Source: Octopus bimaculoides
Taxonomy: Eukaryota
Reading direction: 5' to 3'
Assembly: GCF_001194135.2 (NCBI RefSeq)
Contig: NC_068981.1
Span: 99,193,611 to 99,241,905, forward strand
DNA length: 48,295 bases
Below, one piece after another: positions 1 through 12,000 of the stretch. The position numbers and the translations under genes are program-made. Positions within the stretch are counted from its first letter, which is position 1, and each line of letters opens with the position of its first letter. Below the pieces are notes generated by a model. That model ran no database searches. It was not told the origin of the DNA and saw nothing but the letters and a program-made list of their open reading frames with translations.

Positions 1-112
1 TGTGTGTGCGTGTGTGTATGTGTGTATGTGTGCATGTGTGCATATATATATATATATGAGAATGAAGGGTACGAAAGTAGATATTAAACAAGCAAGACTA
101 ACAGACAAAAGA

Positions 113-166
<54 letters not shown>

Positions 167-588
167 AAGAAAGAAAGAAAGAGCTAGGTGAGAGGGGGGG
201 GAATAGAAGGGTGGATATTGAACTCGATGTTACTATCGACCTCCCTACAAACTATTAGAACACTTCAAGTTCATTAAGTGCAGCTATTTTGTAAGTGGAA
301 CTCTTCTAGAGAAAGAGAACAACTAAGGTATGTCTAAAACGAGATGGCGGAAGGAAGAGTCGCGGAGTGGCTATTGTCAGACATATTTTTCTTTTTGTTC
401 CAGAAGGTTATATTAATAAATTCAACAGGAGCGAATGACTCATTGCTCGCTATATCAAATGGAGCGAGATATTGCATATGAAGGTGCATAGTCACACACA
501 CGTATTGGCCATTTTATTAAATAATAGATGAACTAAATAAACTTGTCTTTGAGTGCGAGCGTACGTGTGTGTATGTGTGTGTGTATAC

Positions 589-619
<31 letters not shown>

Positions 620-1794
620 TGTGTGCGCTGCGTGTGTAACGAATAGAGAAAGAGAAGGAAAAAAGGTAATTAAAGGCATGACCGTGTAATTAAGAGGTTC
701 GCACTGCAACCATTCGCTTTCGAGTACGATCCCATAGCACATCTTGGTCAATCAAAATATGTGTGTATCTATGTAGGTGTGTGTGTATGTATGTATGTAT
801 GTATGTATGTATGTATATGTCATTTTTTAGTTGTATTTCAAGGTTTCTTGCCAATAGAGAAAGAGTCGGTTTCTAACCTAGATATAAGGCTCCTGCATTA
901 GAGTTTCAACATCAACACGATATTTTTGCATGTATGTGTGTATATGTGCGTTATTGGAGTCATTGCATGTGCAGATTTGTATGTTTTGTTTTATACATAT
1001 ATTCGTATGTATATAGTTACATGTCTAGACATGCGCATATATACTTAAATGATAAACTTCTGGAAAGGGTTACAAATTTTAGCACCTCCAGTGATGACTT
1101 GGATTTGTAGTCTTTAAATAAGGCTTCCTTTTTCTGGTTTCGAGAAGCCTAATTCGTCAAGATTGGTATTTAGGCAGTGTTACATATCCAGGAATAAACA
1201 TGTATGTATGTATGTATGTATGTATGTATGTATGTATGTATGTATGTGCAAATGATGGACTTCTGCACCGTTACTGTCCATCAAATTCACTCACATGACA
1301 GTCGGCTAAGGCTGTAGTAGAAAGCATTTGCACATAGTGCCGCGCAATAGGACAGGTCCAGAAGTCTCGCTGTTGCGAAACGAACTTTCTAAGAACACAG
1401 GGAAGTTGCACCTATAGATGTACAGATATTGAAAAAAAATACCCACGTGAGTCGCCAGATTTAAGGATCTGAACGATTTTTCTGTTTCATACGTCATACT
1501 GCCGTCCTACGACAAGACACCGTAAATCGACTCACTGCCTTTTGTCAGAGAATTGATATTTGAATTCCCTGGACCATGCCTCATGCATGCTAGAGATACG
1601 ATCTTGGAAAACTTTCAACTTTTCATTAAATAGCAACCTATGACAAACAGTAAGTTGAAAAAATTAGGTTTTTCAGTCCTATGCAATTATTTGTTTCTTG
1701 TCTTTTGACTTATTGTTTTGCAGAGGAGGGCAACATAATAATTAAAAGAAGAAAAGCCCTTTTATCATAAATATCGAGTTTATAGAGAGAATGA

Positions 1795-2008
1795 TGAGCT
1801 GGCAAAAACGACAGATCGTCAGAAATGAAACTATATTGCGGTATTTGTTCTATATCTTTACGTTCTGGCTTCAAATCCCACCAAAGTCAACTTTGCCTTT
1901 CATCTCTTCCGAATGTCGATAAAATAATGTGCAAGTCAATTACTGGAATCGACGATATCGATTAACACCCACGCCTCAAAGTTGTTGGCCTTGTGCCTAA
2001 CTCAGAAA

Positions 2009-2043
<35 letters not shown>

Positions 2044-2269
2044 AAGTGCTCCTTAAGGCGATAATCTGGCAGAATCGTTAGCACGCCGGACAAAATACTT
2101 AGCAACTTTTCTCCCGGCTTTACATTCTGAGTTCAAATTCCATTGAGTTAACTTTTCCTTATATCCTTTCGGGGTCGATAAAATAAGTACTAGTTGAGCA
2201 CAGTGATCAATGTAACCGACTTATCCTCCCCCCAACAAAATTCCAGGCCTTTTGCCTATTGCAGAAAGA
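1795..2269 (+). mobile_element. Two tandem copies of tRNA-derived SINE family A (1795-2010, 2053-2269)
   Basis: A-box-like tggcagaatcg, B-box-like gagttcaaattcc, body gtcgataaaataagtac, (ATT)n tails. The second copy has a ~21-bp TSD attattatta(ta/cg)aagtgctcc (2032-2052, 2270-2290). Confidence 0.85.
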
Positions 2270-2449
2270 ATTATTATTACGAAGTGCTCCACTTCGTAAA
2301 TAATAGGATTGAATTGAATTTTGCAATATGTAACATGGAACTTTAAGATTTTAAAATATGATGTTTCTAGATTATGCTGGCTATTTTTGGTAGATTTTAG
2401 TTGCTTGTTAGGTATTTCAATTAGGTTTTACCAAATATATCAAAAGAGT

Positions 2450-2660
2450 AACAGCGCGTGGCTTAGTGGTTAGGATGTTGAACTCATGATCGTAAGGTTG
2501 TAGTTTCGATTCCTGGACCGAGCAACGCGTTAAATGCTTGAGCAAAACGCTTCATTTCACGTTGCTCCAATAATCCACTCAGCTGGCAAAAATGAGTAAT
2601 CCGACGGACCGGGGAATTTATACGCCATGGAAACCAGGAAAACAGCCCTTGTGAGTCGGT
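2450..2660 (+). mobile_element. tRNA-derived SINE family C
   Basis: tggcttagtggttagg A box, gtttcgattcctgg B box, ttgagcaaaacgcttcatttcacgttgctcc body. Related copies at ~28722-28940 (+) and ~40720-40895 (-). Confidence 0.7.
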
Positions 2661-2728
2661 GTGACTTTGGAAGGAAACTTTACTTTTATCTTTATCCAAT
2701 ATATCGAAAACTATCGTGACACTAATAT

Positions 2729-3205
2729 TGGTTTCAAATTTTGGCACAAGGCCAGCAAGTTCGGGGAAGGGAATAAATCGATGTAATCGACCCCAGTATT
2801 CAACCGGTACTTATTTCATCGAGCCTGAAAGGATGAAAGCAAAGTCGACTTCGGCGAAATTTGAACTCAGAACGAAAAGACGGACGAAAGACTGCTAACA
2901 ATTTTGCCCGGCGTGCAATCGATTCGGCTAGCTCGCCGCCATTATCGTGATACTAATATCTATGTAGCAGTCAGATGCACCTTTATAATATTCTGTTAAA
3001 TTTTGGAACAAGGCCAGCAATTTTGAGGAGAGGGAAAAGTTGATTACATCGACTCCAGTAGATAAGTGGTGTTTATTTTACAGACGCCGAAAGGATGAAA
3101 GGGCAAGGTCAGCCTCGTTCCCATTTGAATCAGAATGTAAAGAGCCGGAAGAAATTCTGCTAATCATTTTCTCCGTTATGTTAACTCTTCTGCCAACTTA
3201 ACGTT
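2729..3205 (-). mobile_element. Two SINE family A copies (2729-2942, ~2990-3205)
   Basis: Reverse complement of the same consensus. The first copy has a 17-bp TSD tatcgtga(c/t)actaatat (2712-2728, 2943-2959). Confidence 0.85.
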
Positions 3206-3552
3206 AAACCCTTTATCATGTTCTGAACATACATATATTACACTTATTTTTGATCTTTCTCGTTCCACTGGTTATACTGTGTATAGTTTCTTTTAGGGAA
3301 AGATAACTTCACACATAACTTCGTACTAGAGTAAATTAGGTGTGTCCACTCAGTAGAAAATGAATGCCAGGATTTAAATCTGGAACGACTAACGTCCTGT
3401 TCAGAGTAGGATGGGGGTAGTAGTCTTGGACTCTAAGTTACTTAAATGTCAAGAAAACCGGGATAAGTCTGTAGACTCGAAACACTATTTTTCAAGCATC
3501 TTCACCCCCGAAATCGTTGGCCTTGTACCAACATTTAAAACCATTACTGAGT

Positions 3553-3978
3553 GAGAGAGCAGTGATGCTATCAAAGTGACACGGGGGTGCAAATATACGA
3601 AGCCCGGTATAACCATCATAACTTCTTGTCTGATAAGGGTACACCAGACACATGCATCACAGCTATATGTGTGCGATATGGTGATTTCACATCAAGATAG
3701 ACAGCACATGACCTTGCAGGTGGGGTCCAGTTAGAATTTTGTTCAGGTCGAATAGCCCATCCCGCTCAAAAGGGCCCTGAATAAGGGTTGTTTAAGGATG
3801 TTGAACGAAACGCCCATGTTTCCAGAGGTGAATTATTCAAACCTCAAAGAATTCCTCTCAACACTTCGCTATGAAGCTCTCCCACTACTTCTGCTTGTGA
3901 TCAGAGGTGCACATATCGTTAGCTGCAAAGGGACATGTCCAGCTGGTTACGGTCAAGCAAATCTGTGGTATTGAGCAG
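3553..3978. repeat. Unclassified ~410-bp interspersed repeat (family E), copy 1
   Basis: Colinear similarity to 27427-27825 (gagagagcagtg...atcaaagtgacac...ctgataagggtacaccagacacatgcatcac...aaagaattcctctcaacac). Confidence 0.85.
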
Positions 3979-4076
3979 GATATTTACTGTAGTCCATCTT
4001 TTACACCAACACAAAACATGTACATCACAACACTGCCAATCATTTAAAATCAGAAGCCATGAGAGCCATTTCCTGA

Positions 4077-4131
<55 letters not shown>

Positions 4132-4132
<1 letters not shown>

Positions 4133-4410
4133 AGGCAGTGAGTTGTCAGAATCGTTAGCACGCCAGACAAAATGTTTAGCGTCATTTCTTCCGGCTTTAC
4201 GTTCTGAGTTCAAATTTTGCCCAGATTGACTTTGCCTTTCATCATTTCGGGGTCGATAAACATAAATACCAGTTGAACACTGGGGTCGATAAGCATAAAT
4301 ATCAGTCGAACACTGTAGTCGATAAACGTAAATACCAGTCGAACACTGGGGTCGATGTAATCAATTTCCCACACCTCAAAATTTCAGACTTTGTGCCCAT
4401 AGTAGAAAGA
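4132..4410 (+). mobile_element. SINE family A copy with internal 33-bp triplication
   Basis: Head taaggcagtgagttgtcagaatcgttagc directly after a (CTA)n array. Unit ggggtcgataaacataaataccagttgaacact x3 at 4249-4347. Confidence 0.85.
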
Positions 4411-5129
4411 ATTATTGTTTTCTTTATTATTCATATATATATGTCTGTTTATGCCTGTGTATGAGAAAGGAAGGGATTCAATATATTAAAAAGAAACCCA
4501 GGTATTGGATGCGAAAATATCAACATTATTTATGATACGAAAGAAAGCTAAATGAAATCCGCATCTAATGGCCCCCAAAATAGGAGTGGATCTGTCACTG
4601 TGAATAGAGTAAAATACGTTGATATTTATATTTCGGTTCCATCGAGTTTCTTGCTATTATTTCCATGGCTGTCCCCCCAATGTTTGAAATTCAACCCATA
4701 AGACGCTAGATCTTCTGCATCTGACAGTTTATTTCAATGTAAAGGAATTGACGGTGTATATTTAGAAGTCATGCAGCGATTTATTTTCCTTTCGCCGCCT
4801 TCCCTCTTCTCTCCTATCTCATTTTCCTCTTCCCTGGTAGCAATGATGTAAAGTTTATAAATATATTCATTTAATACATGACAGAATATGTTTCATGGCA
4901 TCGTAACATGGGAACTGTTCGTCATTATATCGTACTATTTTTATCTAACATCTGACAAAAACAAAAGAAAACAACGTCATAATTCTGATAGAATTTTATT
5001 CTTCTTTATTAATTGTTTTTCTTTCGCATTAAACCAGATACTGACAGTGTGTAGATTACACGCCGACTGAAAAGTAGTCATACAGAGAATCTGGCGACGC
5101 CTGCTACATGGGCACAATTTGTAAATATT

Positions 5130-5345
5130 GATTTCAAATTTTGGCACAAAGCCAGCAATTTCGGGGGAGAGATTAAGTCGATTACGTCAATCTCCCAATG
5201 CTCAACTGATACTTTATTTTTATCGATCTTGAAAGGATGAAATGTAAAGTCCACCTTGGCAGAATTTGAACTCAAAATATAAAGACGGACGAAATGCCGC
5301 TAAGTATGTTTCCCTGCGTACTAACGATTCTACCAGCTTACCATC
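5130..5345 (-). mobile_element. SINE family A copy
   Basis: Consensus match. 16-bp TSD acaa(t/g)ttgtaaatatt at 5114-5129 and 5350-5365. Confidence 0.85.
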
Positions 5346-7699
5346 ATATACAAGTTGTAAATATTAACTAGATAGATACAAAACTAAATAAATACAAAGC
5401 CTACAAATTTTCTGTTATATTTGTTTCGTACAAAGAGCCTGTAGGTAGTAATTGAAGAAAGGCAATTTGTACATATGTTAACTTAATATAGTGACACCAT
5501 TAACTATTGATAGTAGTTAGTTACATACTAACTATAGATATCTATATAGCTGTATAGAAACTAGCGTGTACTACGTAGAGGTAGGTAAATGTCTAAGAAA
5601 CGCTGTTATAGATATTCACTACACATTCAGTCTACCAAACAGATATCTGTAGTATCGGGTTTTTATGTAACATTAGCCATTTTAACGAGTACTGTCGTTG
5701 ACTCTAACTTAACTTAAACTCAGAAATCTTAACAGCCATTAAATGTATATTTTTGTTGTTATCATTGCTTAAATCCAGGCCAGATTGCCCTATTAAATTA
5801 AGTATAGTAGTAACAAAAAAATAAATTATCATAATTGGAGTGTATATGTAATAATTACCTCGCGGATAAAGAACAATTATCAACTCTTCGAGCACAGGCG
5901 TTTTGTCAAGATAAAGAAGGGACAGTCTGTATACTGTTATACAAGGGTAATTACAATAATGAACGAAGGAAGTGAAAGGAGGACCATAGTGTTGGTGCTA
6001 TCCAAAGACAGAATGATGGATGTACTATTGGTTCATAGAGCTGAAAAGGTGAACTATAGGTTTACGGAACAAGAGATTTACAGAGCCTAGGGTGTTGTGA
6101 TCCACACCGGATTCTTCTGTTTCTGGATTTTACTCAATGATTAAAGTGTTTCAGCCACAACCATCCAATCTTATTTGCAGATAATGTGACCAACACTACA
6201 TCAGCCAACATACCTTTCATTTTAAGTTGGTTAGGTAAGGTTTAATGGCCATGACCATATAAGTATAATATAAGTTGTTATTCCAACAGAAATAATAACA
6301 GGTAAAAGCGAAGGTGTTTATGAATCTTATTTTCTTTATTACTCAAGCTTATAATATAGAATAATTCACCCAACCGAACATTTTTATTTTCAAATTTTGC
6401 TTGTGTCACGTTCACTCTCGAGAACTCTTTCATGGACAGTTTTCTTGATTTCTTATGATTTACTGAGAGAGAGTTTCTGGATATTTGCTCGATTTATTCA
6501 ATCTAATCAACAAATCTTCATCAAACATTTTACCAACTATGAAATGAGGACTACATGTTTTAAATAGTAAAATTTGAAGCATGTATCATGCAATAAAGAG
6601 AAGTTGATTAGAGCGAGAAACCCTGATTGAAAGGCTCAACATATTCGCAACATTTATACCATAAATCCACTGGCAACAATCCATCTACAACAGCAGCAGC
6701 AGCAAGAATAAGTAATTTCAGAGATGACTGTGATTTTCAAAGAATAATGTTTTATGTTATTGCATTTACTTCACGAATAACTGGTCCTTTGAGAGAGTAT
6801 TTAAGTCAACAACCAACTGAATCATAAATTTACCATGGGATCAACCACACGATCGCTCAGCTTTCTAGAAATGGCACTTACATCTCTAACAAATCACTCT
6901 TCCGTTTTGGATGGATAAACATTAGATAATGCATCCCTATTTACACTATACCTAAAGAAAAAAAAGGAAAAAGTCAGAAAGTACCACTGTATATCAAAAT
7001 GTAAAACTGCTCCTCGTGGAGACCTGCAACCAGACCGAAAAGAGACCCGGTCCAATGAGTAACCTCTCGGTAAGTAACCTTGTCAGCTAACCCACTGTCT
7101 CTTATGTTTTTCTACCGTAGTTTGAAACTGGTACCCCTGTGAATACAGGATTACAAGAAGCCCACTCGATCCGATTTTAGATGGTCTACATATGTTACAT
7201 AATTTTAGATGGTTTGATTGATTTTTAGATGGTTTGCTCTTTCTCTTCCTACAAATAAAAGAAATGTAAATGTTACAATGAAAAAAATAGGAATCTCGTT
7301 ATATCTTCTGAACAATTTTTCTTCCTCTTCACAAACATTCATGGACTTCAGTGCACCCTGGACCCCAACAATTACCTCCCGCTAACGAGCAAGCCAACGA
7401 AAAGAGCCTCTATATAACTTTTCAACTTGACAGAGCAATCAAATTTCCCCCAAGTCACATCGTACCGTCTTATGGAAGGACTTACCGAATAATGTGATCC
7501 TAGATACTATATCTTATAAACAGGTATAGGATGGTTATGAATAGAACGCCTTTAGATCAGAGGCATGTTCAATCAGAGTTAATCAGGAGCTAAACATTAA
7601 CAGCAACAGTGCACAAGCCACTCTCATTCCTCTCTCGTCAAACAAATATCTCATCTACTCTCAGCATATCAAGGTTATAACGTAACTTCTAATTTTACT

Positions 7700-8950
7700 C
7701 GGAAAGATAATCTCTGCGTGTGCATCTAATCTACTTTCACCTTTCTCACCTGGACGTCAGCAACAAAGAACTCCACTTATTTTGGCTTTCAAAATCTATT
7801 TCTCTACATTCATATGAAGTATCTACCAAACCCCAACTCATCAACATTTCTTTGATTATCCTACTTCTAACATTGAAGACAGCTATCTCACCTCATTTCT
7901 CTATTAAGTCATCATACTTATAACTTCAATCTGCACAGCTCCTAGCAGAAGCTGAATCCTTTATCTATCTAGAATCTCTGCATTAACTAGTCCTCAGAAC
8001 AAGTGACAGACACACTGGCACAACAAATAGACTGGAATTCTTCCCTACTCCCTGATCTAGTCTTTACTTAGGAATTACTAACCCGGCGTCCATTGAATCG
8101 TTTGATTACTGCTTAATGGAGACAGCATAATGTCATACCACACAATAAAAGGATCTACGTGATAGCAGTGAAATATTCCACAACTTACACCCTACTGTTT
8201 TTAAACAGAAATATATTGAATATGTGGAAGGACAGAGTAGTAATGACTGGAAACCGTTTGAACATGATTTTGTTCGATCAGGATTGACCTATGAAGAAAC
8301 CACCACTAACACACCACCCTCAAGTACCTTTTAGTTGACTAGTCAGAGCTCCGCTGGTTCAATAACTGTCCATGGTAGCAAATGTTTCAGCTCAAGCTGA
8401 AATAGCTAAGCTAGTGACCGAAACTATCCTCTTAAACAGGTCTCTATACATTCCTCACATCACTAACCCCACCACACTCCAAGTGGATTACTCGTTGCTC
8501 TGTTGTATCAGCAAGGCAAGGAACATCGCTTTACAATTCTTGATGGAAGGCATTTACCATCGCCAACTGAAATACAGATCCCACTACTGCAATATATGCA
8601 AGACTACAATGAGAAAAAGAAACGATGTTTCTGGGTATTTCATAGACTGCAAGCTAAACCTTGGCAATTATTTCGGATCCTTTGTCAAGGATACCTAACT
8701 TTGTATAATCTCCCTACCCAATACAAAAGTGACACTCAATAGTACTCTTATTGAAAAAGCTTCTACACTTATTACCCACTGCACTCATTCAACAAAAAAT
8801 CCCTCAAGCTCTCCTTCTCGACTCTTATAGTTTCATCACCTCAAATACACAGTCGCCAGAAGAGAAAAAATCACTCTAAGTTACCAACCCGACTGCAATC
8901 TTTCCATTGCTATTGAACATCACACTTCATGCCTCGTTCCTATTTTTACA
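7700..8950 (+). mobile_element. Degraded CR1/L2/Jockey-group LINE ORF2 fragment (endonuclease end and linker)
   Basis: IIL..FNLH-like and L.PDLVFT remnants. The ORF at 8372 (VTETILLNRSLYIPH...CKTTMRKR...FIDCK...FGSFVK) resembles post-APE linkers. Clade uncertain. Confidence 0.5.
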
Positions 8951-8966
8951 AACCCTATATCTCTAT

Positions 8967-9012
<46 letters not shown>

Positions 9013-9534
9013 GTTTTTCTTTCTCCCTCTTCGATGATCACCGGCATAGTTTCTATAAAGCTAGATCTACTGGAGACTTGCTTTTCTATATCATTAACGC
9101 GTGATCGCTCTCACTTAAGAATTTTAGAGAAAGCAATGGTTTTGCACTTGACATTAAAAAAAAAAGACTGATTGGGATTGGTATGAGAACTTCCGAGCGA
9201 AGTGGTTAACTATGGTCAATATTCGTCTATCATTTATTAAATCGGAAACTTACTGTCAGACTACACCATTAAAGCGTGTATCGCCGAGTTTCTTTTAGTC
9301 TTTACATTTTATAAACTCTGGTTTACCCCAAGGTCCGGTTATGCCTCCTACACAATTTCTTTTGATTTGCTTACAGCCAAATTTAACACACTTTTATGTA
9401 AATATCACCCTTCACTCAAATTTTGATCCAAAATTAAGAACTTTTCACTTCGTTTTTTGTATCTGGTTTGCAAGATTCTTTATGTGAATTCGTGTGTTGA
9501 GACAAATTTTAACCTTTCATAATTATCATTTCTT

Positions 9535-9760
9535 GAGCAGTGGATCTTTAGAATTGGTAGAGCACCGGACAAAATGCTGCGTGGTATTTAGTTTAGCCCC
9601 TTTACGTTCTGAGTTCAAATACTTCTAAAGTCGACTTGCCTTTCATCCTTCCGGGTTCGATGAAATGAGTTCCAGTCAAATCCTAGCATGATATAATCGA
9701 CTATATTCCACCCAACCTCAGTTTCACGCCTTGAACCTTTTTACAATATTGGTTGTAACG
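9535..9760 (+). mobile_element. Diverged SINE family A copy
   Basis: ggacaaaatgc...tttacgttctgagttcaaat...gtcgacttgcctttcatcc. Confidence 0.7.
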
Positions 9761-9829
9761 CCCTGTTTATTTATTTTTTTCCCCTCTCGTACTTGTATTT
9801 ACATTTTTTTCTTTTTCTATATAATCACC

Positions 9830-9843
9830 ACCACCACCACTAC

Positions 9844-9884
<41 letters not shown>

Positions 9885-10230
9885 CCATCATCATCACCAT
9901 CATCAGACTTCCTCACCATGATCTTTATCAGGATTGACCTGGAACTACACAACTATTCTATCTTCTTTCTCTTCCTCTTTTCTTTTTCTCCTTCCTTTTC
10001 TGCTGCTGCTGACGACGACGACGACGACGACGACGACGATGATGATGATGATGACGATGATGATGAGGAGGAGGAGGAGGAGGAGGAGGAGGAGGAGGAG
10101 GAGAAGGCCGACGACGACGACGACGACGATGATGATGTCATTGATACTGATACTACTACAGTTGTTGTTGTTGTTATTGTTTTTGTTGCTGCTGCTGCTG
10201 TTATTGCTGTTCTAGTTCTTCTTCTTCTTG
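9830..10230. repeat. Compound trinucleotide microsatellite (CAC/CAT, GAC/GAT/GAG, GTT/GCT/CTT)
   Basis: Directly visible. Produces spurious poly-D/E/S/T ORFs. Confidence 0.95.
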
Positions 10231-10896
10231 TTTCTCAACCCCAGGCCAACCCTGGCTGAGCAGACCAACGATCAAAGATGTCCAAGCCATTACCAGCTTG
10301 TCATTTTCTCGAGCCTTGTCCAATACGTTCTTCTGATTTGGTTGCCATTTCCACTAATAGACCGAGCGGCCCCCTGGAGGCCTTGTCATTAGTTTGTACT
10401 GTTGTTGTTGTTGTTGTTCCTGCTGCTGCTTTCATCATCGTCACCGTCATCGACATTGTTGCTGTGGTTATTGTTTGTGATTATTTAATATAAAATAAAA
10501 TAAATAATTAGAAATAAAGATTTTATCAAGAAGCGATCTAAGGTGTCCGATTGATCCTGAGCACAGAACTTTTCTAACTTTGTACGGCTCGGTTGATGTT
10601 TAACGAAGAGAGGAGGAACAACTTTATAATTAGGAATGTTTTATTATTTTTTTTTTTTTAAGAATCGAATGTAAATGGTGCTAGTGGTATGTAAACTGAA
10701 TAAAACAGAAATATTATTTTAGCGTCTTATATCTATAGACAGTAATTTGGAAGCGGTTAATTATAGATATCGGTTAGACATCACTGAAATCTGACAGAGA
10801 TAAGATTTGAGATAAATTTGCTTATTTTAGTTCTGGAACATACATAAGGTTATCCTGACAACTGGGTCATATAATAATAATAATTATTATTATTAT

Positions 10897-12000
10897 TTCT
10901 AACATTGGCACAAAGCCACAAATTCTAGAAGGTTAGTGGGAAAGTGTAGTCGATTAACTCGACACCAGAATGATGGAAGGCAGAAATAGGCTCCGGCGGG
11001 ATTTGAACTCAGAACCTAAAGGAACGCAACTAATACCTGCATGTCGCTTTGTCCGATTCTCTAACTATTCCACCAATCCACCATCTTCGCAATAATTATA
11101 ATTCTGTCTAATTTTGGCATAAGGCCAGTATTTTTAACGGGATGGGGACAAATCAGATCGACTCCAGTATTTTGACCGGTACTTTATTTTATCCACCCCG
11201 AAAGGATGAAGGCAAAGTTCACCTTGGCAGGATTTGAACTCAGAATGTAATAGGTCAGAAGAAATACTGCTAAGGATTTTGTCCGATGCGCTAACGATTC
11301 TGCTAGCTCACTGCCTTCCTTAGCAATCATAATAATAATGGGTTTCAAATTTTGGCAAAAGGCCAGCGATTTCGTGGGGGAGGGGATAAGTCGATTACAT
11401 CGACCTAAGGGATACTTATTTCATCGACCCCCCAAAAAGCTGAAAGGCAAAGTTAACCCCGCAGAATTTGAACTCAGAACGTAAAGACGGACGCAACGCC
11501 GCTAAGTATTTTGCCCGGCGTGCTAACATTTCTGCCCGCTAGCCGCCTTAGCAATCATAATAATAATATTTCTAACACAAGAACAAACATTTTGTGGGAT
11601 AAGTTAGATAATTAAATCAACCCAGGTACTATGTTTTATCAACCCTAAAATGATGAAAACAAAATTGATTTTGGCGGGATTTAAATTCAGAAATGTAAAG
11701 AACCGGAAGAAATATACAATAGAATTTGTCCGACACCTCTAACAATTCTACCAATCCACTACCTTAGAAATAATAATAATTCTTTCTAATTTAGACACAA
11801 GGCCAGCAATTTTTGAGCAGGGCCTTAATCGTTACCACCAAGGCCAGTATTTGACTGGTACTTTATTTCATCAGCACTGGAGGATGACAGGCAAAGTTAA
11901 CCTAGGTCGGATTAGAAATCAGATGGTCAAGAGCTAAAAACAAATACCGAAATGTTTTAATTCTGACGCGGTTAGGAATCTGCCAACTCGCTGCTTTAAG
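10897..12000 (-). mobile_element. Stack of five head-to-tail SINE family A copies (~10897-11087, 11100-11319, 11340-11547, 11568-11765, 11780-12000)
   Basis: Each unit carries acaaggccagc...gaaaggatgaaaggcaaag...tttgaactcagaa...ttctgc variants, separated by (TAA)n. Confidence 0.85.

Noticed and set aside
484-497. tgcatagtcaca match to miR-153
   Set aside because: Only 12 nt match, the 3' half diverges and there is no complementary arm.
4249-4347. 33-bp repeats as a CRISPR-like array
   Set aside because: Units are contiguous with no spacers, sit inside a SINE, and the context is eukaryotic.
9918-10259. ORFs with poly-D/E, poly-T/R or poly-S tracts
   Set aside because: They are open frames across a compound trinucleotide microsatellite, with no non-repetitive domain or convincing splice context.
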